From a virus, in the IMG/VR virus record IMGVR_UViG_3300045988_057942: a DNA stretch of 64,000 nt; one strand, 5' to 3'. The position numbers and the translations under genes were made by a program. Below, piece by piece: positions 29,967 to 39,757 of the stretch. Every line of letters starts with the position of its first letter. The stretch's first letter is position 1. Below the pieces are notes generated by a model that saw only the letters and a program-made list of their open reading frames with translations, was not told where the DNA came from and did no database searches.

Positions 29967-31124
29967 ATGGATTTTAATAAAGTAGGCGAAGCTAATAAAG
30001 CAGGAGAAAATGCTCCTGCTGCTTCTAATGAAAATACAGTTAAACAGGTTATACCCCCCGTAGAGGATGGAGATGATAATAGACCTAACAATACAGTAGG
30101 ATTTAGAGATGAAAGTCTTGATGAACCTTATACTGAAAAACGAACTATTACTATTAATTTAGTTACTAATTATTCATTATATCGTAGAGCTAATGATAAA
30201 ACATTACCTAAACGAATGGATAAAATTGGTAGTTGTGTTCGTAGTTCTCGTACTCTTTCTTCTAATAAAGGCGAGATTGAATCTTATTTTCCTGCTTTGA
30301 TTGGTCTTGCTCCTAATAACGAAAACTTTATTTCAAGGGTTAAGGCTTATCTTAATAACATTAGTGTTGCTGTTGATGAATTAGGTAAGACTTTTGATAT
30401 TTCTTTCTTTTGGAATCGTAAACGAGATTATCTTCGTTTTAGAGCTGAAGAAGAAGCTATTGAAACTGCCTATTTAAATAGTGACCGTAAAGGAGTTAAA
30501 GAACTTCGAGAAGCTCTTGAGTCTAAGATTACTAAACTTAATCTTCTTGAAAGTGAAAAATATAAATATGGTTATCCTGTTGTTCTTGATGATTATCTAA
30601 TTTATCGCCATTGTTTATTGTATAAAGATGTAGCTAAAGATATTGCTCTTATTAATTCTGACCCATCTATTAGATTCTATTTTAAAGATGACCAAAGAGA
30701 AGCTGAGCGTCTTGCTAAACATCGTCAGGAAATTAATGCTGCTAAGAGTAACTACGTTAAACTTCTCACGAATAGTGATTTGTTTGATGCTGTATTTATT
30801 CAATACTGTGTTGCTAACAATATTAATATTCCTAACGGTATGGCTATGGATACTGTTGATAAACAATCACATCTTGATAAATTTAGTACAAATGAACCTG
30901 CTAAGTTTAATAAACTTTGCAATGATAAAGATATTACTATTAAATCTTTAATTGAGGTTCTTATTTCTCGTGGAGAATTTATCAGAGCAATTCATAATCA
31001 GAATATTACTACTCCTGATGGTGAATTTATCGGTGCTAATGTTAAGGAAGCTGTTGTATGGTTTAAGAATCCTGCTAATAGTGCTCTTGTTAGTGCTTAT
31101 AAAAACAAACTTAAAAACATTTGA
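29967..31124 (+). CDS. Hypothetical structural protein (385 aa). In-frame GC-motif (PPVEDGDD).
   Basis: ORF. Confidence 0.65.
   Translation: MDFNKVGEANKAGENAPAASNENTVKQVIPPVEDGDDNRPNNTVGFRDESLDEPYTEKRTITINLVTNYSLYRRANDKTLPKRMDKIGSCVRSSRTLSSNKGEIESYFPALIGLAPNNENFISRVKAYLNNISVAVDELGKTFDISFFWNRKRDYLRFRAEEEAIETAYLNSDRKGVKELREALESKITKLNLLESEKYKYGYPVVLDDYLIYRHCLLYKDVAKDIALINSDPSIRFYFKDDQREAERLAKHRQEINAAKSNYVKLLTNSDLFDAVFIQYCVANNINIPNGMAMDTVDKQSHLDKFSTNEPAKFNKLCNDKDITIKSLIEVLISRGEFIRAIHNQNITTPDGEFIGANVKEAVVWFKNPANSALVSAYKNKLKNI
30051..30072 (-). repeat. GC-motif copy, reverse orientation (PPVEDG in 29967-31124).
   Basis: Read directly. Confidence 0.7.
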
Positions 31125-31126
31125 TT

Positions 31127-31825
31127 ATGAACATTGGGGAGATGCACGTGACGTTCAGAGAACTAGCACAGCAGATGGGTATGCAGACCGTCCGTGCTAT
31201 TCTCATGGAAGATATAGATATTTGTCTTAATATTGCTATAATTGAGAAAGCTAGAAATGTGATAGTAGAAAACGTTGGACCAGTTCCTTATAATGATAAG
31301 GTTGCTCGACAAAATGCTTCTATTAGTCCTGTAAATGCTCTTAGAACTTTATATACAGAGGGTACTGTTAACGGCGGACAAATTACAGGTAATGGAACAG
31401 AAGTTGACCCTTATAAAATTACTATTCCTAGCGACGGTATTATGCTATATACAGGCTTTCAAGTTAGTTATAATAATAAGACAATTTATGATTGCAGAAT
31501 TATTGAGGCTGAAGATTTAGGTCAGACGCTAAGAGATTTTTGTAATCGTGCTGCGAAAGATGCTCCGATAGTTACTGTATTTGGAGATGAATCTGCTATT
31601 GAAGCTAATATATACACTGGACGTAATAATACAGTTAAACCTGAATTAGTTAAATATCTTTATATTAAGGAACCTGCTAAAGTTCTATTTGATGAAGATA
31701 ATGAAAGTAATTGGGTTAATTGTGATTTACCTCCATATTTACATAGTGAAATAGTTATGCGTGCAGTACAGATTTATCTTGCCAGTATTGGTGCTACTTC
31801 TAGTGGAGCTGATAAACAAAGTTAA
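31127..31825 (+). CDS. Hypothetical protein (~233 aa). The 5' end is GC-richer.
   Basis: ORF. Confidence 0.65.
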   Translation: MNIGEMHVTFRELAQQMGMQTVRAILMEDIDICLNIAIIEKARNVIVENVGPVPYNDKVARQNASISPVNALRTLYTEGTVNGGQITGNGTEVDPYKITIPSDGIMLYTGFQVSYNNKTIYDCRIIEAEDLGQTLRDFCNRAAKDAPIVTVFGDESAIEANIYTGRNNTVKPELVKYLYIKEPAKVLFDEDNESNWVNCDLPPYLHSEIVMRAVQIYLASIGATSSGADKQS

Positions 31826-31844
31826 ACTTTAAATTAAATTAGTT

Positions 31845-32708
31845 ATGCGACAGTTTTTGTTAGCGGGCAATGTCGCTTATGGAGCAAGTTTACCTCTTGC
31901 TGCTGGAGCGGTTGCTTTTACTTATCTTGCTAATGGCAAGGAAACAATTGACGCTGACGGTACTAAGATTACTGACAAATTTTACATTAATCTTGGTCGT
32001 GAAGCAAATGGTCCTGTAGTTCTTCCTGCTTATAAGAAACATCTTACTTTTGTTAAAGGTGTTTATCAGGCTGCTACTACTTTCTCTGCTAATCTTACTA
32101 TTGGCGATGTTAATGCTTATTCTGATTATTCTATAATGATTGTGAAGAAAGGATTAAAGTTCAATGAACGTAATCGCTGGACAGCTACTATTCATACAGG
32201 TCTTAATCCGACTGCAAATGATGTAGCGCAGAAATTAGCTAATCAGATTAATAACAATACTATTGGTCATGGTATTAAAGCAACAGTTGCTGATGCTAAA
32301 ATTACTTTAACTGCTGAGTCTAAAGGTATTGATTATGAAATTCTTGGAGCTGATGAATTAGTTGGTATTAGTGTTACAGTTACAGCTACTGGTTTTCCTG
32401 CATATGGAGATGCGGCTTATATTACTGATTTGGCTAATAAAGCTGCTGCCGATGCTGGTATCGAATATACTTATCGAGATACTTATACTGAACTGTATCC
32501 TACATATCCGCTTAATCCTTTGAAACAACCTGATAGTGCAGATGCTGGATATACTATCTTTACTCTTCGTTTTGCTGTTCCACGTGAAATGAAAACTAGA
32601 GATGAAGTTGTTCATCAGATTGTACAAATAGCATTCCCAACTGGAGCTGCTGCTATTGCAACTGTTGAAACTATCCTTAAAGCTATTGCCACTGAAGAAA
32701 AAGCATAA
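31845..32708 (+). CDS. Hypothetical structural protein (287 aa).
   Basis: ORF. Confidence 0.65.
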   Translation: MRQFLLAGNVAYGASLPLAAGAVAFTYLANGKETIDADGTKITDKFYINLGREANGPVVLPAYKKHLTFVKGVYQAATTFSANLTIGDVNAYSDYSIMIVKKGLKFNERNRWTATIHTGLNPTANDVAQKLANQINNNTIGHGIKATVADAKITLTAESKGIDYEILGADELVGISVTVTATGFPAYGDAAYITDLANKAAADAGIEYTYRDTYTELYPTYPLNPLKQPDSADAGYTIFTLRFAVPREMKTRDEVVHQIVQIAFPTGAAAIATVETILKAIATEEKA

Positions 32709-32765
32709 CCTGTTACCCGACTTGATTAGGTAAATATTTAGGTAATATTAATCAAATAGGGGCTA

Positions 32766-33353
32766 TTGGTATTGGCATTACTGTTAATACTGATAGTCCC
32801 TATTTTTTATTTTATAAAGATGGAATTAATACAAAATGCTTTTGAACAAGGTCTTGTTCCAGGCATTGTTATTGTAATTTATCTTATAGTTAATAAGATA
32901 ATAGATAGTAAAAAGAAAGATCCTTTAGCTGATATTGCTAAACTTCTTAATATAGTTACCAAAGATATTATAGATAAAGATAGAGAGAAATCTAAAGCTG
33001 TCATATCTATTGCTATGGTTAATGCTGCTTCTGAATGTGCAAAGTTTGTTGCTTCTACTATCATTACAAATAACGTTGATGCTAATCGTGACCAAATTGA
33101 ATATAATGCTAGACACTTAGTTAACAGTGTTTATTATGATGCTTATTCTAAATTAAATATGTATCGTGGAGATGAAGATTATCTTAGTCATTATATGAAA
33201 GATGAATGGAAAGAAGATGTTTATGGTGATATTATTAATATAATATATAATAAACATCTTGATTCTAATCAACGTATATTAGCATTTAATAAACGTATTG
33301 ATATTAGAGTTAATGATTATACTACATATATTATTAATAAGGCTTTTAAATAA
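32766..33353 (+). CDS. Hypothetical protein (195 aa; the ATG near 32820 is the likelier start) with an N-terminal TM.
   Basis: ORF. Confidence 0.55.
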   Translation: MVLALLLILIVPIFYFIKMELIQNAFEQGLVPGIVIVIYLIVNKIIDSKKKDPLADIAKLLNIVTKDIIDKDREKSKAVISIAMVNAASECAKFVASTIITNNVDANRDQIEYNARHLVNSVYYDAYSKLNMYRGDEDYLSHYMKDEWKEDVYGDIINIIYNKHLDSNQRILAFNKRIDIRVNDYTTYIINKAFK

Positions 33354-33362
33354 GATGATATT

Positions 33363-33602
33363 ATGATAGGTGGTTATATTAATAATCCAAAACAGCTATC
33401 TAAAGAGATGCAATTACGTATTGCAGCTATGGCTGAAAAACAAGCGAGAATAGCAGAATTAGGCTTTCCATTGGACGAAAAAAATTGGTGCAAGTTAACA
33501 CAAGGACAAATTTTAATTCAAGCTCTAGAAGCCTTAGAATTGCTTTCTGACGAAGAACAAAAATCAATTATTAATTCATATAATAACTTGATGGTAGAAT
33601 GA
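33363..33602 (+). CDS. Hypothetical small protein (79 aa).
   Basis: ORF. Confidence 0.5.
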   Translation: MIGGYINNPKQLSKEMQLRIAAMAEKQARIAELGFPLDEKNWCKLTQGQILIQALEALELLSDEEQKSIINSYNNLMVE

Positions 33603-34126
33603 GTGAACAAATAGATGATAATTATGTTAATGGTGTCTATGTAAAAGCTAGTGGAACTGAACAAGTTGAGATTACTCCTCAATATGTTTATATGACAGTT
33701 CCAAGTAAATTTGTTTGTACTTATCACAAACTATTAGTTCTTATGGCACAATATGGAGTTGATATGCTTAATGATTGTTCTGCTACTTGTAAAGGTAATA
33801 ATAAAAATATTATTACTTGTTGGAATATGTTCCAATCTGCAATGGCTGCATATCAACTTGGTCAAAATAAACTTGCTGAAACACTTCTTAAATATATTAA
33901 AGGACAACTTAATATTATTTATGAAGGTAGTGAACAAGTTCAGTATAGTGGTTCTATTACTCTTCCTGTTGATGAAGAAGGAAAAATTCATGCTATAGTT
34001 AGTTGTGGAGATGCTCCTAAGTTTTATGTTGACCCTGAAACTGGTAAACTTTGGGAACAAAGAGAAGAAGGTAAAGAATATAATGAAACTTATAGTCTTA
34101 GTAATGTTGATTATAATAATGAATAA
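33599..34126 (+). CDS. Hypothetical protein (175 aa).
   Basis: ORF. Confidence 0.6.
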   Translation: MSEQIDDNYVNGVYVKASGTEQVEITPQYVYMTVPSKFVCTYHKLLVLMAQYGVDMLNDCSATCKGNNKNIITCWNMFQSAMAAYQLGQNKLAETLLKYIKGQLNIIYEGSEQVQYSGSITLPVDEEGKIHAIVSCGDAPKFYVDPETGKLWEQREEGKEYNETYSLSNVDYNNE

Positions 34127-34138
34127 CATGAATGTATT

Positions 34139-34163
34139 CCATCCTCTACGGGGAGTCTACACT
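34139..34163 (+). repeat. GC-motif copy CCATCCTCTACGGGGAGTCTACACT. Intergenic, upstream of 34190.
   Basis: Read directly. Confidence 0.7.
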
Positions 34164-34189
34164 AAGAATTTAGTAAACTTAAAGAATAT

Positions 34190-36808
34190 ATGGAAACAAT
34201 AGAAAAAGAACTTGGTAAAGTTAGTCTTACTTGTAATGGTCAATGGAGTCCTGATAGACCTTACGATAGACTATGTATAGTTCATGATGGTTTCTATGCT
34301 AGCTATATTTCTCGTAAAGCTACTCCTGCTGGTATTCCATTACCTAATGAAGAATATTGGCAACCTATTGCTAAACTTCGAGAAGATTTAGTTATTGATT
34401 ATGAAACCTTTAAGAAAGAAATACTTGAACTTATTGCTGTTGTTCAAAGAGGGCTTAAAGCTGCTAGAATTGTAGTATCTACAATGGAAGATAGAGATGC
34501 TCTTACTTGGGAACAAATTGGAGTAGGTTGTGAAGTTTATGTTATTGAAACTAAAAAGAGTTATATACTTGATGAAATAACTCCTGTTAATAATGCTAAG
34601 AAATGGCATCTTGAGGCTGATTCTGAAATTGGTTCTAAATTTGTAGAATCTTTTAGTGGTATGTTTCCAAGAGCAATTGCAGAACGTGCTGTTGCTGATG
34701 AATTTGGTATTAATATACAAGATAATTATCTTCGTCGTAACGTAGTAGTTAATTATATGGCACAAGTACTTAAACAGTATTTTGAAGATAATGCTGTTCA
34801 AATACTTGAAGGTCAGATTACTCCTGATATGCTTAGTGAATCTGTTAAACAAATGTTTACTGCTTCTCAGATTACTAACGCTGCTGATGAAGAAGATTTA
34901 ACTGTTGTTGATAATCTACTTAAATTTGCAGATAAAGACTATAATGTAAATGATTATAGTGGAAAGGCTCGTAAATATCTTCGTAAAAATATGATTAGTG
35001 GTGTTAATACTCTTACTCAAGATATGATTAACGAGCCTAATACTATTTATATACTTCAATATGATTATTGTTTAGCTGGACAAACTATTGAACTTCCAGA
35101 TGATAGTATAATTCTTTGGAGAGGTGGTAGATTATATGATGGAGCTGTTAAACTAAATAAATGTAGACTTCTTAGTAATTATCGTCAGGAAGATATGTTT
35201 GATAAAGAAACTATATCTTTAGATGGTGATTGGGCTAAAGGTCAAATACTTTATCATCCTCTTGATTTAGGCGAAGATAATAAACAAGTTGAAATTACAG
35301 GTTGGGGTGGTTCTTATACCAATGATTTTTATTGGTTTTGGGATGGAGAAAAATGGGTAAGTATGGGTTTTGATTTATCTGTTTATCTTACTCGTGCTGA
35401 ATTTGAAGCTTTCTTAGAGAAGTTAAGAGAAGAAATGGAAAAGTTCTATGCTTGGCTTCTTGAAGAACTTAGAAAGATTAATGAACATCTTGAACTTCAT
35501 GACCAACAGATAAGTAATCTTCAACAAGAAGTTTCTAATATTAATACTAGAATAGATAATCTTATTACTGAATATAACGCTAAATTTACTGATATTTATA
35601 ATAAGATTGGAGATTTAAATAGTAGTGTAGAAGGTAGTATTAATAATCTAGAACAATATATTAATAATAAGATTGAAGAGATTCTTAATAAGATAGACCA
35701 AAGTGGTGGTAACATAAGTAATGAGTATAAACAATATTTTGAAGATAATTATGTTTCTATGTTTAAGAACATGATTAAAGCTGGTACTAATATTACTTTT
35801 GTTGAAAACTCTGATGGTACTATTACTATTAATGCTACAGGTGGTGGTTCTGGCGGCGGTGGATTAACCGAACAAGAAGTAAGAGATATTGTTAATTCTA
35901 TGCTTAATAATTATTATACTAAGTCTGAAATTAATGATATTATTGCTGGTATTGAAGGCGGTGGAGGAAGTGGTGGAGATGGCACTCATAATGTTATGTC
36001 TACTACTCAACTCGGTGAAGCTAGAACAGGTAAATATCTTACTATGAGTAAGTTTGCTGATAGTGAAACTAAACCTAGCAGACTTGATGTTGATTTTAAT
36101 ACTCTTTATACAGATATTAAAAATAAATTAGTAAATGATGGATTTGGCTCAGGCGGTAGTGGAGGAGGAACAACAGGTGGAGTAACTGCTACTCAAGTAC
36201 AAACTTGGATTGCTGCTGTTATGCCTATTGGTTCTATTATGCTTTGGGATACTACTACACCTCCAACAGGTTGGGAAATATATACTGCTGCTCAAGGACG
36301 ATTTGTTATGGGTCATATAAGTGGTGGTATTAATATTTATAATAATCCTAAACAAAATACTCTTGATTGGAGTACTGTTCTTAAAAATGTAGGTGATACT
36401 TATGACCCTGCTACTCCTGGTTTAAATATTGGAGCTTACGGTTTTTATATTGGTGGTACTGATTTACCATTACATCAACATGCAATTGCCGCTAGTTCTG
36501 GTAAATGCGGTGATGGTAATCATCATGTTGTAGTTCCTAGTAACTGGCGAGCAAATGATCATGGTAGACCTTTGGATCAAGATTGTAGAAATACTTATCC
36601 TTATGGTACTACTAAAACTAATTATTGGGATTTAAATATTAATAAAAATACCAATTGGTATATGACTGGACCTAATATTAGTAGAAATGGTGAAATGGTG
36701 TGGACACAAATTAGTACAGATAATTGGACAGGAGATTATCTTGCTATTAATAAACTATTACCTACTATTGCTTTACATTATATTAAACGTGTTTCTAATC
36801 CGTGGTAA
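34190..36808 (+). CDS. Tail fibre/spike-like protein (872 aa) with a central coiled coil and Gly-rich linkers (GGGSGGGGL, GGGGSGGDG).
   Basis: Long ORF. Heptad-rich region and flexible G-linkers typical of phage fibres. Confidence 0.55.
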   Translation: METIEKELGKVSLTCNGQWSPDRPYDRLCIVHDGFYASYISRKATPAGIPLPNEEYWQPIAKLREDLVIDYETFKKEILELIAVVQRGLKAARIVVSTMEDRDALTWEQIGVGCEVYVIETKKSYILDEITPVNNAKKWHLEADSEIGSKFVESFSGMFPRAIAERAVADEFGINIQDNYLRRNVVVNYMAQVLKQYFEDNAVQILEGQITPDMLSESVKQMFTASQITNAADEEDLTVVDNLLKFADKDYNVNDYSGKARKYLRKNMISGVNTLTQDMINEPNTIYILQYDYCLAGQTIELPDDSIILWRGGRLYDGAVKLNKCRLLSNYRQEDMFDKETISLDGDWAKGQILYHPLDLGEDNKQVEITGWGGSYTNDFYWFWDGEKWVSMGFDLSVYLTRAEFEAFLEKLREEMEKFYAWLLEELRKINEHLELHDQQISNLQQEVSNINTRIDNLITEYNAKFTDIYNKIGDLNSSVEGSINNLEQYINNKIEEILNKIDQSGGNISNEYKQYFEDNYVSMFKNMIKAGTNITFVENSDGTITINATGGGSGGGGLTEQEVRDIVNSMLNNYYTKSEINDIIAGIEGGGGSGGDGTHNVMSTTQLGEARTGKYLTMSKFADSETKPSRLDVDFNTLYTDIKNKLVNDGFGSGGSGGGTTGGVTATQVQTWIAAVMPIGSIMLWDTTTPPTGWEIYTAAQGRFVMGHISGGINIYNNPKQNTLDWSTVLKNVGDTYDPATPGLNIGAYGFYIGGTDLPLHQHAIAASSGKCGDGNHHVVVPSNWRANDHGRPLDQDCRNTYPYGTTKTNYWDLNINKNTNWYMTGPNISRNGEMVWTQISTDNWTGDYLAINKLLPTIALHYIKRVSNPW

Positions 36809-38904
36809 TTATGGCTGAAGAAGAAAATGTTTTTGTTGGTACTAATTGTCAATCTTTTGACCCTAGTAAAGTTCAATGTGATAAAGAGGGCAATATGCCA
36901 ATTCATATACTAGATAAGTATTGTGAAGAAAATGATACTAGATATAATATATATCCTTTGACTGTTATTCAAGCTATTTTTGATGGTGTAACTGGAACAA
37001 GATTAGATAGAATACTTGCCGCTTGTAATAGTATTTATTTAACTTGGGAAGGTACTTTTGCCGATACTGTTAATAAACTTGATAAAATTTATCGTCGTAA
37101 AGGATATATTATAACATATCGTGATGAAACTAATGTTAATTGGACTCAACGATATAATAGTGATGATATTAGTGATGAAGCTTGGACTAATCCTGACAAT
37201 TGGGAAGGATGGTCTTTTGATACTGTTATTAAAGATTTGTCTGAAGCTCTTGAAGAAATATTTATTAATATAGGTGATTATAAAGATTTTCTTGATGTTA
37301 TTACTAGTTTTATTAACGAGTTTGTTATAAATGTATTTAACAATCTTAATAATTATCCTGAACTAGTTAATATTATTAAGAATAGTACAGTTGAAAGTTT
37401 ACCTATTATTGTTAAAGACATATTCAATAATATTAATGATTATCCTGAACTTAAGAATATATTTAATGAATATGTTAAACAATGGACTGAAACTATCTTT
37501 AATAATATTTCTTCTTATCCTGCTCTTAGTCAATTTATTACTAATGCTATTAATTCTCATGTAGAAACTACTATTAATAATATATTTAACAATATTAATA
37601 ATTATCCTAACATTAAGAATCTTATTATTAATAATACTATTAACAAAGTAGTTGATATATTTAAGAATATAGGTCAATATCCAGAATTACAAGAAACTAT
37701 TCAGAATAATGTTAATGAACGAGTAGATTATATATTTAATAATATTAATAATTATCCTGAACTTATTGGTATCCTTTCTGATTTAGTTTGTAATTGTGTT
37801 CAGAATATATTTGCTAATATTAATAATTATCCTTCTCTTGTTACATGTATTAATAATGCTGTAAACAGTAGAACTGAATATATATTTAATAATATTGATA
37901 GATTTCCTATTCTTAAGAATCTTATTGAAACTAAAGTAGAATCTAGAGTTACTTATATATTTGAAAATATTAATAGTTTTACTGAATTACTTAATGTTAT
38001 TAAAGGTAATATAGAAGATATATTTGATAATATTGATGACCATACTAATCTTAAACTTGTAATTGAAAATAAAGTTGAATCTACAGTTGAAAAGATTCTA
38101 ACAAATATAGATGATTATCCTATCATTAAGGAAAAGATAACACAGTTTTGTAATGAAGCTATTGAAGCAAAAAGAGGTGTTGCTAATGGTATAGCTAGTC
38201 TTGATGGAGATGGTAAAGTTCCAGCAAGTCAATTACCAAGTTATGTTGATGATGTTCTTGAAGGATATTATGTTGATGAAACTCATTTTGCTGAAAAGTA
38301 TATAGAAGATGCTCCTGTATATTATACTCCTGAAAAAGGTAAGATTTATGTTGATATAAGTACAGATACTGATTATAGTGGTAAGACTTATCGTTGGTCT
38401 GGAACTAAATATTCAGTTATATCTGAAACTTTAGCTTTAGGTGAAGTTACAGGTACTGCTTATGATGGTGGTAAAGGTAAGAAAACTACTGCGATAGTTA
38501 ATAGTTTACCAAATACTGTTGTAGATACTTTAGAATTTGGTAAAGCATATACCGATTATGTACAATTAAAATACCATTATTATCGTAAAGAATTTGTAAC
38601 TGGTCAAGATGACCATTATACGGCACAACCTCATGGTCATGTAGATATACCTATTGCTACTACTCAATTAGCAGGTGTTATGTCTGCTGCTGATAAAGTT
38701 AAACTTGATGAAACTTTACCTAATCAAATTACTGAACTTAGTAATAATGTTTATACTAAAGAAGAAATTAATAATAAGTTTGATAATGTACCAACAGTAG
38801 AAAATACTTATACTAAAGCGGAAGTTGATAAAGCTATTTCTGATGCTATTAAAGCTTTAATTCCTGCTGGTTATGAACTTGTTATTAAAAAGAAAACAAC
38901 TTAA
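36802..38904 (+). CDS. Tail fibre-like protein (700 aa) with ~11 tandem ~27-aa repeats (consensus IFNNINNYPELxxxI...).
   Basis: Repeats read in the translation between ~37300 and 38140. Confidence 0.6.
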   Translation: MVIMAEEENVFVGTNCQSFDPSKVQCDKEGNMPIHILDKYCEENDTRYNIYPLTVIQAIFDGVTGTRLDRILAACNSIYLTWEGTFADTVNKLDKIYRRKGYIITYRDETNVNWTQRYNSDDISDEAWTNPDNWEGWSFDTVIKDLSEALEEIFINIGDYKDFLDVITSFINEFVINVFNNLNNYPELVNIIKNSTVESLPIIVKDIFNNINDYPELKNIFNEYVKQWTETIFNNISSYPALSQFITNAINSHVETTINNIFNNINNYPNIKNLIINNTINKVVDIFKNIGQYPELQETIQNNVNERVDYIFNNINNYPELIGILSDLVCNCVQNIFANINNYPSLVTCINNAVNSRTEYIFNNIDRFPILKNLIETKVESRVTYIFENINSFTELLNVIKGNIEDIFDNIDDHTNLKLVIENKVESTVEKILTNIDDYPIIKEKITQFCNEAIEAKRGVANGIASLDGDGKVPASQLPSYVDDVLEGYYVDETHFAEKYIEDAPVYYTPEKGKIYVDISTDTDYSGKTYRWSGTKYSVISETLALGEVTGTAYDGGKGKKTTAIVNSLPNTVVDTLEFGKAYTDYVQLKYHYYRKEFVTGQDDHYTAQPHGHVDIPIATTQLAGVMSAADKVKLDETLPNQITELSNNVYTKEEINNKFDNVPTVENTYTKAEVDKAISDAIKALIPAGYELVIKKKTT

Positions 38905-38912
38905 TATTAATT

Positions 38913-38950
38913 ATGGTGGTACTGAATAAGTACCACCATTTAAAGTTTAT
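38913..38950 (+). terminator. Terminator hairpin. Perfect 11-bp stem ATGGTGGTACT/AGTACCACCAT followed by a T-rich tail.
   Basis: Read directly, 9 nt after the stop codon. Confidence 0.65.
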
Positions 38951-38956
38951 AAAGTT

Positions 38957-39754
38957 ATGCAAGATATTAATCAACAATTATATGAAAGAAAAGATACTCC
39001 TGAAGGATTTATTCCTGTTTATGGTGTAGTTATAACTGTTCCTACTGGAATATATACTAGTGAGCAAAAAGAATTTACTTGTGATAAAACTTTTGATGAA
39101 GTAAAAGAAATACTATTAAAAGGCGGAAGTATTATTGCTGTTGATAACAATAATAGTAGAATTAATTTTGATAGAATTGTTATAGGCAGTAACGATATTA
39201 GTGCTACAATTACTTATTTTTCTAATGGTGGAATTAATAAAATCGATTTAAGTTGGGATAAAGGTATAGCTAGAGTTGGTGGTGAAGAAACAAAAAGTAT
39301 TAATACTTTTGTAGCTATAAATAGTAATTCAATTATTAAATCTTATGATATTGGAAGTATTACTATATTATTAACAAATAGTGGTAGTAAAGAAGAAGTA
39401 TTAGCTGCTATTAATTCTATTTTTACTAATTTTGCTGGATTTGTTACAGCTATTGGTAAACCTAATTCTGTATTTCATAATGGTAAGTATGGTACATTTA
39501 ATGTTAGATATACAGATAATATTATAATTATTCAATGGAGTAATGCTAATGCAATTCATCATGTTGCTTTATCAGAGGATGGTTCTTATGTTTATAATAC
39601 TATTCAAATAGTTGACCAAACTCTTTATAGATTATCTGCTCTTACTATTGAGCCAATAGTTAATCCTAAAATATGGGTTGGTACTGCTACTCAATATGCA
39701 GCTATTGCACAAAAAGATAACAATACTACTTATATAGTTAAATCAGACGCTTAA
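38957..39754 (+). CDS. Hypothetical structural protein (265 aa).
   Basis: ORF. Confidence 0.65.
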   Translation: MQDINQQLYERKDTPEGFIPVYGVVITVPTGIYTSEQKEFTCDKTFDEVKEILLKGGSIIAVDNNNSRINFDRIVIGSNDISATITYFSNGGINKIDLSWDKGIARVGGEETKSINTFVAINSNSIIKSYDIGSITILLTNSGSKEEVLAAINSIFTNFAGFVTAIGKPNSVFHNGKYGTFNVRYTDNIIIIQWSNANAIHHVALSEDGSYVYNTIQIVDQTLYRLSALTIEPIVNPKIWVGTATQYAAIAQKDNNTTYIVKSDA

Positions 39755-39757
39755 GTT

